Shown piece after piece: positions 54,107 through 64,000 of a DNA stretch of 64,000 nt. The stretch is from Eledone cirrhosa (lineage: Eukaryota). The stretch is from the NCBI GenBank assembly GCA_964016885.1, contig OZ024742.1, positions 111,166,001 to 111,230,000 of the forward strand, read 5' to 3'. Each line of letters begins with the position of its first letter. Position 1 is the stretch's first letter. A model generated the notes under the pieces. It was not told the DNA's origin, made no database searches, and saw only the letters and a list, made by a program, of their open reading frames with translations. The position numbers and the translations under genes were made by a program.

Positions 54107-54580
54107 AATCACTCGGTAATCAGAAGATGGTAAGTGGGTGTAAAAACCAAACTGCCTATCTTCAGTTCGGCATTCTTGCCAACTCTTACATATGGCCATC
54201 AATCTTGAGTAATGACCAAAAGAGGACGATCGGGAATACAAGCGGTCGAAATAGGGCTCCTCGAAAGGGTCTCTGGAGTAACGTTGCTCGATCGGTCAGA
54301 GAATCACTCCAGGTAGATTCTCCGAATTGAGAGATCACAGCTCCGATACTATAGGCGTGTGGGTAGAATGTCTCAGGAATCATCGCTGGACAGATTTTCC
54401 GGGTAAAACTAAACGACAAGAGACCGAGCGGTAGACCCGAGCACGATAGTTGGAGAACATCCATGAGCCTGGCTTGTCTCGCTTGGGGATCCAAACGGTT
54501 CAGGTGGAGACGGCTGCTTCTGAGAGGACCTGTTGGAAGGTGTGTCTGAGCACACCTTACACTCTAAGGAATTAATGGAC
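54107..54580 (+). mobile_element. RTE-clade LINE 3' fragment
   Basis: LTYGHQS.VMTKR..IQAVEIGLLERVSGVTLLDR; homologous to 18200-18640. Confidence 0.7.
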
Positions 54581-54628
54581 GAAGAATTAGAACATGTTTC
54601 ACCGACTTCCTAAATGGTATTTCGTTGC

Positions 54629-54676
<48 letters not shown>

Positions 54677-54732
54677 CGTTTCTGAATTTGTTTAGCAAGA
54701 ATCTTTATCTGAAATCGTGTGTTGAAACCGAT

Positions 54733-55321
54733 ATTGTTATACTTTGGGAGGGTCATGTTGCCAATAAGAAACACACGCAGCAGTAGCATTCATTTCAATT
54801 TATTATAAATTAAATTTATAAATTTAAGAATTTATAAATTTCCGGTTGGTTGGTTGCTTCCACAACCGGACGGTTGTTCATATATTGTCAAAGTTCTTTC
54901 GTCACACATTCTGTGACCTCTTCAGTGACTGGGGATTCTTTTCTATGTTTTGTGCCTCTCCTTTGTTCAGTCCGACGCCATCTTGTTTGTGTGTGTGTTG
55001 TGTGCTTACTTTGCGCATGTGTTACATCCGGGTGTCTGTGTGTGTTTTTATTTGTTTATTTACTTGTTTATTTACATGTTACTCGTTGGTTGTTTATTCT
55101 ATGTGTGTGTGTTTTCATTTTGTCCTTAATTGTAAGTTGTGATGCTTCTATTCCATTCATGTTTTCTATTTAATTTTGGTTGGAGTTCATTTATGTTTAT
55201 TGACTCTGTGATTTGTCTAAACATTGCGTCTTTTCTGTGTGTAGATTAATAATAAATTGGAGTGAAACAACTGGTGCATGTGTTTCTTATTGGCAACATG
55301 ACCTTCCTAAAGTATAACAAT
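54733..55321 (-). mobile_element. ~590 bp mini-element with ~74-bp terminal inverted repeats enclosing a hammerhead
   Basis: 54733-54806 is an imperfect reverse complement of 55249-55321; TA tracts nearby on both sides. Confidence 0.8.
54887..54929 (-). ncRNA. Minimal type I hammerhead ribozyme
   Basis: gtca-CTGAAGA-g-gtcaca-gaatg-tgtgac-GAAA-gaa-CTT-tgac; perfect 6-bp stem II, 4-bp stem I. Confidence 0.8.
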
Positions 55322-55587
55322 TTATATATATATATATATATATATATGAAAAAAGTATCGTTTTTTAAAGATACAATATAAAAATTATTGAAACATAGGT
55401 TAAATCAGCTCAAAATACAGTAAGTTATTATAATAAATAGTACAAAAGTCTATGTTTCATACTTCTTTGCAATATTTTTTCAAACAAGCATTTGTACAAA
55501 ATCCTAATGAGTTAAAAATAATAATTACGCATGACGCAAATTAATCATTACAGTAATTGCCAGATACTTTTTTACATTAAATATTGA

Positions 55588-55626
55588 TTTAGAACGTTTC
55601 GTTCCCTTACTGGGACTTTTCAAAAT
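55588..55626 (-). ncRNA. Hammerhead-like variant
   Basis: TTGAAAA-gtccc-agtaa-gggaac-GAAA-cgttc; non-canonical core. Confidence 0.4.
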
Positions 55627-56813
55627 AAGTTATCTATAAGTAAAAGTCTCATTATAAAACTCACCAAACCGCTCAATAGCCAACAGTCAGATAATTTGTT
55701 TACATTTAAAATTGAAAACGGCACCACATACACACACACGCACACGCACACACACGCACACACACACACAAACAAACACTCACACACACACATACATACA
55801 TACACATACACACACATACACACATATAATCCCAATTGTCATTTCCATAGTCGTTGAATACACGGTATCAATTGTATAATAATTACTTTTCTCTAGGCTC
55901 TCAATGAAAACTCACCTTCTACACACCTTAATACACATGTGTGCATATGCGTATATATTCTTTTATATTTGTGTTTTTCACATCCCGGAAAACATGTGTG
56001 TGACTGTGTACTGTTCCAGCTTTCAAGCATATGTACTAGAAAACGACAGCTACGTACTATTAGTTTTACTGCATCATCGATGTATGTTCATATTTCATTT
56101 ACTTGTTACTTGTGATTTGTTTAGATCGATAAACAACGCAAATCTATCCATATTTGAAGACTTTCCTGAATTGTTCCTCTAGCTGGAATGACATTTATTG
56201 ACTGTTGCTATGCTGTTCTATTATAAATAAAATTCTTTAGATCGCTCTTGTTTCGGCTTATCATGATTTGTTACCTACTACCTAAATAGAAAGTTCTATC
56301 GTAGTTGAAATCAGGATTCCCACATCACTAACCTTCGTGTGTGAAATTATTATGTTACTTGGTTGTGGTATTTGCATTGTAATTTGAGTCATATATTTCT
56401 GTGAATAACGTCTTAAAAACTAATATAGTACTATTTCCTTTTTTTGTTGGGAGGGGAATCCACATAATACACTTCACTTCTACATCGTTTAGTTTTGTGG
56501 TATGTGATAGAATACATATCAATGGTTTATTGTTGTAGCTGCATGAAAAACGGCAATAGAATGTATTATGTAAATGTTTTGAGAACAAATTCTATTTTAT
56601 AGCCAACGTACATATGCTTCATGTAATATAGTTTTACTGTTACCTGCTTTCGATCTGTATTGTGTGTAGTGTTTAAGTTCTGAATTTTTTGCTGAAACTT
56701 TATATAATTTGGCGAAGTAAATCATTTAAATATATTTTATTGACTACAAAATTTCACTTATTTATTCATTTGAGTTTGCCTTTTCTTTTGCAAAGAGCAA
56801 ATTGAAATGCTCT

Positions 56814-56892
<79 letters not shown>

Positions 56893-57042
56893 AGTGTAAC
56901 ATATATATACAGACACACACACATACATATATATATACTCCGTTTTTTTACACTCTATTCGACAATGTTGGTGTTCTTTTAACGTTTATTAATAAATGGT
57001 TATTTGGATTCCTATATTGAAACATCAAATATGCTTATACTT

Positions 57043-57420
57043 TTAAAGTATCTTCTTAAATTTCGCTGCGTATTGAAGTGAGAAAACCATTAATTTTCCG
57101 GAATATTTTCTAAGTAAAGTTTGTGTGAAATTTCCTGAGATAGCTAAGATATATATCCTACATGGAGAGACAGATATGTTTATCAGGCTAGCCAGATATT
57201 TGATAGCAAAATATATCTCAAATACCATGCAAATAGGAGGCAAAATCCCGAGAAACAATTTCCTATACGTTGAATCAAAACTGAAAATAAGAGCGTTCCA
57301 ATTATCCTCAGCTAATATACAATTTCAGTGGGAGCAGACGCTTAACGCCAATGGGAATATAACTCCCATTATCAAAAAAAGCAACACAGAGTACGATTAG
57401 AACATTTCATGGGTTTATTT
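57043..57420 (-). pseudogene. Possible decayed 7TM (class A GPCR-like) TM6-TM7 remnant
   Basis: In one frame across a stop: LIVLCVAFLIMGVIFPLAL ... YLASLINISVSPCRIYILAISGNFTQTLLRK, loosely like N..NP.IY....F. Confidence 0.2.
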
Positions 57421-59445
57421 TTATTTAGAGATGTTATCACTTTAAAGGCAGCTATGGAAATATTACTGAATTAGTTGAAGTCTTTTAGACAGTCTATCTA
57501 TAATTTGAAATTGTAGGAAAAAAATACAAATCCAGATGCTGCGTTCAATATATATCTATGGAAGATACTAGATACATATTGATGTACTTTATGGTTTGTA
57601 AATCTCTGATGTTCTGTAATGTTCATCATCAAATGAGTTACCAAAATTCAAACAATGAGCGTACATTGTAATTTCTTGAAACTGTTTCGTTTGTAAATGT
57701 TGAAAATAAAACTTACGTATTCCTAATGTGTTTTGTTTGATGATCTGTGTTTCTTTTCTCGGTTTTCTGGTATCATTTTATTCCATAGGAAATTTCTTTG
57801 AGTGACGTTCTAATATGTTGTTTTTCCTTTGGTACTGTCATATACACAACATGTTATCTGTTTTCCTCGTCTCATGAGAATGTATATGTGTAAAAGCATT
57901 GATAAACTGTGATCTTTGCTGCATAAATCCAGCATAATATGAATTTCAACAGTTGATCGTCTTAAGTTTGTTGCGAAAAGCCTTTACACGAGATTATTTC
58001 GTAAATGTCAATGAACGTGGTTGCCAAATGAATCATATGGGTATAAATATTTTGGTATTTAATATACTCCATAAATATGTCGAAACAAATAGAACATCAC
58101 CACTTCTTTCATTCTTACTTACGACATTGTGCAACATATAGAAACATGTCTGGGAGTTATATTTCACATATTACTAAGTTGTTTTGTTTTCCATGCAATA
58201 TTAATAGATCACAGAATTTGGCTGAGTGTCGTAGCACAAAATGTCATGGAAGTGCATAATGCCATGACGGTCGAAATAAATCCGCTTCCCGATTCACCTT
58301 ATTTGGCTCTGGGGACTTTTATCATTATTATATATTTATTTATACTAGTAAGCCAGGGTTATAGCAGAGCAATTCCTACTGTGCAAAGCTCGAGGGGGTC
58401 TCTGTCTTCAATTCCCTCATTTATGATTATTGACACATGATACCACCAGAAAGCGATACGCGTTATTCGTAGCCATTAATTAATATTTTAGACGGTGCAT
58501 TTAAATACAACAATTTCTCTACCTTAGCCAAAGTGTATCTGCCTATATTCACCTATGTTTCCATTCAATGGTGTCCAATACGCATGAGCTTTACTGATTC
58601 ATTAAACTAGCTCATATTCCAGAACTATTTCTTCAAGTCACAGATCTTATTAACAACAATGCAAAGTTAACCACCCACATTCCATTACAAATTCATCTCG
58701 AGCCAATGAGTATGATGTTATGAACATCATCTGTAAATATGGGGCCGCATTGATGACTCAATCCTTCATCAGATCAGGAAGATATAGGCATTGCCTAAAT
58801 CATTTCTATTATTTAACTAAAAGTGAGGGATGACGTCTAACTGTTGCTAACGAAAGAGGCTTCTATAAACTTTCCCACAACATGTCAGGCTCATCGACAT
58901 TACTTCATAAGTGTTTGAACGTTTCTGAGTAGTTAATTATGAAGATAAAAAAATTGCATTGTATAATATCGCTTAACAAACTTAGTCCAATTAACATCAG
59001 CCTTTAGCACATTTCAGTTCGTGACACTTCTTAACATCTGAGAAACAGCATAGATAACATTTTGTGGTCATAATGTTTTTCAATGCATGTCGCGTGCTAG
59101 AGAACGTAGAGCTAATTCTTGTTTCTAAACACACATGTATACATACACATACATTCACACACTTATGTATATATATAAATATACAACTATTATAATTTAT
59201 TCTCCTAGACCCATGTATTCGATAGATAACGATTTAGTTATATTTATATCTTTTGTCTACAAATTCTAGTGGAGCGCTTTGATTTCCGAGGCATCGAGGA
59301 TTCTTTTATTCTCACACCTAGACCATCTCTGATTGATTAAAATGAATGTGATTTTAATCAATGAGAGATGGTCAAGGTATTTCTAAATTTCGATTCACTG
59401 AGTGCTGTGTGATTGCCTCAAAGCTAAACTTCGATTTACAACTAT

Positions 59446-59569
<124 letters not shown>

Positions 59570-59585
59570 CATATATATATATACG

Positions 59586-59656
<71 letters not shown>

Positions 59657-60058
59657 CATCTTGAGCACCTTGACCGACCAGTCTGCCGGGCACTATTCGG
59701 CGCCGCTGGTCACAGCACGTGCTGTTTTAGCCATACGATGACGCCATCCGACTGGTTGGGCGGGCAGGCCGTAACTCTAAAGTTTGTCTTAATCCAGAAG
59801 GCTTATTTGGCCGGTGCTTATCCCTGTTTCATGGCGTGAAGCGACTGAGAGTACAAGACTCCCCCCTGGAGAGGACGCCAGTCCATCGCAGAGTTAAACC
59901 TGCAGCTATTGCTGGTACTCATTTTCAGCTGAGTAAACTGAAGGAACGTGAAATAAAGTGTCTTTCTTAAAGAAACAACACATCACCCGGTCCGAGAATT
60001 GAACTCACAACCTTTCGATTGCAAACCTACTGCTCTAACCACTAAGCCATGCGCCTTC
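59657..60058 (-). mobile_element. tRNA-headed CORE/Meta-domain SINE
   Basis: Minus strand A box TGGCTTAGTGG, B box GAGTTCAATTC, CORE-like block, GCGATGGACTGGCGTCC..CCAGGGGGGAGT Meta-like block. Confidence 0.8.
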
Positions 60059-60664
60059 TCACACACACACACGCACACGCACACAAACACACACACACAC
60101 ATATATATATGTGTGTGTGTTTGTATGTGTGTTTGTGTGGGGGTGTATATGTGTGTGTCCGAAAAACGTTTTGTTGTTGTTGATAGACTAGATCTCTTCC
60201 TTTACCTATTTCTGTTAAATCATTTGAAATTATGTTTTATCATTATCTTCTTCGCAATCAGTAGACAGTTGACTATTATATTAGTCATGTATTGCTTAAT
60301 AGAGTGAGAAAATTACGTTTACTTCATCTTCTAAGACAGTCATTCGTTTTTAGATCTTATTTAATTAAACGTAGTTGCTTTCTTTGGAACATTTCAATAC
60401 TTGATTAATTTTTTTCTTTGATAGTTGAATAGATATATAGGTTCTTAACAGGTTTAAAATGTATGATTAAAATCCTATGTTGTTTTAAAAAATTCATTCA
60501 ATGGAATTTTACTTTACCGTTATAAACATTTGGAGATTTTTGTTGATATTGATGTATGTTCAAAACAGAATTCACGAATACGCACACTCACACGCACGCA
60601 TATCTCACACATACATACATCCATACACAATCACACACATACATATATATGTATATATATATAT

Positions 60665-60752
<88 letters not shown>

Positions 60753-60833
60753 ACTCACATATATATATATATATATGTATATATATCTTTTCTCTTCTTT
60801 TCCTCCCGGCCTTTTGATTAAGAAAAGGCCTCG

Positions 60834-60906
60834 GGCGCACACGATCGCTACAGATGTCCTGTAAATAAGCGCCGAAACATCTGGATCGTGTGTTTACAGC
60901 TGACGA
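60834..60906 (+). ncRNA. Hammerhead ribozyme with rearranged (non-circularly permuted, pseudoknotted) strand order, in a ~210 bp insert (60786-60995) between TA tracts
   Basis: Four non-overlapping helices place GTC, GAAA and CTGACGA in hammerhead register (details in findings). Confidence 0.65.
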
Positions 60907-60992
60907 AGGATTCTTTCTTCTTTTCTTGTTCCGTCCCAACCAGCATCTTAAACCATGTTTTTAGTAACCACAAGCTCCTTTCGTGTCGTATC

Positions 60993-61029
<37 letters not shown>

Positions 61030-61031
<2 letters not shown>

Positions 61032-61650
61032 TTAAAGGTATAGTACTAGGAAAAACAAACGACTAGGCATGAAGTAGAGGTTAGAGGAAAAAGACTTTAT
61101 TAGATTCCGTTCTTTAACATATGTTTCAGCACAACATCAGTCTACGTGCACTGATTGCATATTATTATGCTCAATCGCAAGCATTATATAAAATACTGCA
61201 CTTTATCAGAAAAAGATCATAGTTCGAGGAGAGGTCACTGCAAGTAAGGATTTTCTTACTACTATCTACTCGGACTCAAAGGCAAATTGCCTGTCCCACA
61301 GAACAGTTAAACAACAGTGCCGCCAAGAATGGAAAATACAACTGAAGATCCCATACGGTGTGTCTGCTAAGAACCAACTGCTTGGCCTCTCGAATTGTCA
61401 ACAGATTCATGCGGCGGACAACCACAAATATCTGTACATAGGTTCAACTGCAATGTGTTTTTCATCCCGTTTCTACAATCACACTTGCCCTTTCAGACAT
61501 CGGCACAAAAGATCACAAACCAGTCTGTCGGAGCAGCTATAGCGGCTAAAGGACAGTAACATCAGCTTTAGAATGAAATGGGCCGCCCTTAAACGCGCAC
61601 ATTCACTCCATTTAGGAGGCAGACAGTGCCGGTTCGGCCTTTCGGAATCA
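61030..61650. mobile_element. Penelope-like fragment: minus-strand HHR-bearing tail joined to a plus-strand GIY-YIG remnant
   Basis: KYLYIGSTAMCFSSRFYNH...TSLSEQL.RLKD...MKW...CRFGLSE at 61420-61650. Confidence 0.7.
61111..61216 (-). ncRNA. Type I hammerhead (CTGATAA core) with extended stem II
   Basis: tcttttt-CTGATAA-agtgca...tgtgct-GAAA-catat-GTT-aaaga; palindromic ACATATGT. Confidence 0.65.
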
Positions 61651-61654
61651 TCGC

Positions 61655-62612
61655 TTACGCCATCTATTACCGCCAGATCGTCGCACCTTACAACCGTTCG
61701 CGCCTCACCAAATCATTTCGGCCTCTTTTCAACTTCTTGTAGAGAGGACAGGTTCCTTTAGTGAGACGATCCATCTGCTGCCAGCACCAACTACATGATG
61801 GGCTGGGCATGTCGTAGCTAATGATGCGCGAACATGCGCTGAGGCTGCGGCATCTCCAGATACACTGCATAGACGGTGAACAGGTGTGGTCATCGTTTGT
61901 GAGACAGGTCTTTCCAAAGCTCGTTTCATTGACAGAGCTAAAATCCTCTGACAAGAAGAGACCAAGAATGGGCGCTTGGTATCTTGAATGTTGCTAGGCG
62001 CTCACTGCTCTATATCAGGTTGGCAATGCGGTCAGTGGTACTTCCACTCTCGACTTCTATAGAGGATTAGTGGCAGCCAAGTGCGATGTAGCACTCGGAG
62101 AGGCTCAGGGTGTATACGGAATCGAACTCAACAGTCTGTTCCAGAGGACTTTCGAGCCGGGTACTATGGATAACTTCTATAAATCTCTCGTTTGTCAGTA
62201 CTACCGAGAGTGGCTGGTGCTGCCGGTTCCCGATAAATTCTACAGGCACGGAAATGCTGTCAGACGGATCTGCCCGAGATGCGCGCAGACGACTAAAGCA
62301 TTCTGCTCGCATTCGTCTAGTGTCCGTGCCGTAATGACTTGTAATTATTTTGAGCAGCAGTTGTCGCGTGTGGGATGGATCCCGCTATCGACCGAATTCA
62401 TAGTGAAGATAGCCCCACCAGCTTCTTTCGAGTGGGAAGAACAGGCAGACTTTATTTGACTGGTGGCGGTTGCAAATTCTGTTGTTTGTATTTCTGTTGT
62501 TATTTTGTTTTTGTTATTTATATTTTTATTCGATTTTTGTGTAAAACCCCAACTGTCCTCGTCTATTGTATTATCTGCTATATGCCGGCCCTTGTGACCA
62601 ATAAATAAAACA
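61655..62612 (+). mobile_element. Decayed Tx1-like 3' fragment ending in (TTA)n
   Basis: Homologous to 39871-41133; MDNFYKSLVCQYYR, CPRC. Confidence 0.85.
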
Positions 62613-62640
62613 GTTATTATTATTATCATTATTATTATCT

Positions 62641-62798
62641 TTCGGACGCCATGCTTTCCAGCATAGTTACCCCCTTTACGGTCTGAGTTCAAATCCCGTC
62701 GAGGTTAACTTTTCCTTTCATCCTTACGGGGTCGATAAAATAAAGTACCAGTAATGCGCTGGGGTAATAGCTGGCCTTGTGCCCAAAATAGAAACAAT
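62641..62798 (+). mobile_element. Nin-domain SINE
   Basis: Same family as 15199. Confidence 0.85.
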
Positions 62799-63273
62799 TA
62801 TTATTATCTTCATTATCCCGCTCTGTATGAACACATTAATTCATCAACTTATTTATTTCTATTTCTATTTACTTGGTGCCCGTAGGCGTCGACTCTGAAT
62901 TGTCACTACAGATGCAATGACCTGATACTGGGTCACGTAGTGTGACAATCCACATACCTCTACTTTAATATGGTCACGCTGCCATTCAGCTTCCTGTTTA
63001 CAGAAAACCTAGTCTTTGAATGTCCACTTCACATACCAACACACGCGCACGTGCGTATGCAGACACACATGAATAGTTAATCGCACAAATACACACACGC
63101 GCGCGCGCGCGAACATAAATATACGTTTGTATATATACGCAGAAAGTTGCCCTACATATTGCACTCCAACAGCCACATACGCCGCCATACACAAAAATAG
63201 GGCCGGTGCTTATATATACACCCATTATCTCACAAATCACAACAAACACTATATTTTTTGTCGCATCGTCTGT

Positions 63274-63360
63274 CTGAAGAGCAGATTGATAATGGAGTCC
63301 TGTCCATAGCTTCTATGGATGACCCTGAGCCAATCCTCTGCAAAACGCGCGAAACAGGTC
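63274..63360 (+). ncRNA. Hammerhead-like motif with branched stem II
   Basis: CTGAAGA-gcaga...(tccatag/ctatgga hairpin)...tctgc-aaaacgcgc-GAAA-cag-GTC; stem I weak. Confidence 0.5.
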
Positions 63361-63533
63361 GATACAAATTAAAATCAAAATACATGAAAGCGAAACTTCA
63401 TTGTTCTTCTTAATATATCTATCGGCCTGTTCATAGAATGCTTGATTTGGTACCGCCACCAGTAATTCACTGAATCACCTTCACTATATATATATATATA
63501 TTGAGTTATGTCTATATATATATATATATATTA

Positions 63534-63664
63534 AGTTATGTCCCTTTACGATCTGAGTTCAAATCCCGCCAAGGTTGACTTTGCCTTTCATCCTTACGGG
63601 GTCGATAAAATAAAGAACCAGTAATGCACTGGGTAATTGCTAGCCCTGTGCCTAAAGTAGAAAC

Positions 63665-63666
<2 letters not shown>
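63534..63666 (+). mobile_element. Nin-domain SINE, 5'-truncated
   Basis: Same family as 15199. Confidence 0.85.
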
Positions 63667-63702
<36 letters not shown>

Positions 63703-64000
63703 AACGTTGTCATCGGACAACCGGTGTATCTTCGACCGTTCTGTCACTCACTCAATACTTTAATTAAGCCAGCATCATTAGGATACCAACCAAAAGGAAA
63801 GCAGAGTGCACACTTATACGTTAATAGTGAGATAGGCGATATCGTGTGGGTAGAGAATTTAATTCTCTGTCTCCGGACAGGGCACTAATTTTTGTTACCC
63901 TGTCTACTGGCGGCAGTCCATGTTGGACTAGCTTGTACAGAAATTAGTTAATCGGCAAAGAATAACTTCATCGGCGGGGAGTTAGCCTCCTCAGAACAGG

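Noticed and set aside
58300-58900. Possible old LINE and Helitron remnants (also 11200-11450 and 31090-31510)
   Set aside because: Too degraded to assign from sequence alone

Overview
AT-rich, microsatellite-dense animal genomic DNA. The SINE families and the (TA)n/(CA)n load suggest an octopod cephalopod, which is inference. There is one 200-N gap (1771-1970) and no intact host gene is recognisable. The window is mostly retroelements: Penelope-like elements (PLEs, one near-complete copy with ~0.67 kb inverted ends), L1/Tx1-clade LINEs (one full-length decayed copy plus a head-to-tail stack in (TATC)n), two R4/Dong-like LINEs, RTE fragments, Nin- and Meta/CORE-type SINEs and a non-autonomous Helitron. 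The most notable layer is RNA structure. About 15 hammerhead-ribozyme (HHR) motifs were found by eye, mostly in 0.2-0.8 kb non-coding inserts in TA microsatellites. They include mini-elements with terminal inverted repeats, a retrozyme-like element with 138-bp direct repeats, and a hammerhead whose strands appear in a rearranged, pseudoknotted order (60834-60906). There is also a 4.6 kb AT-rich divergent array of tRNA-like units and a 64-bp-arm palindrome. All folds were derived manually and none was computed or tested. Boundaries of decayed elements are approximate.
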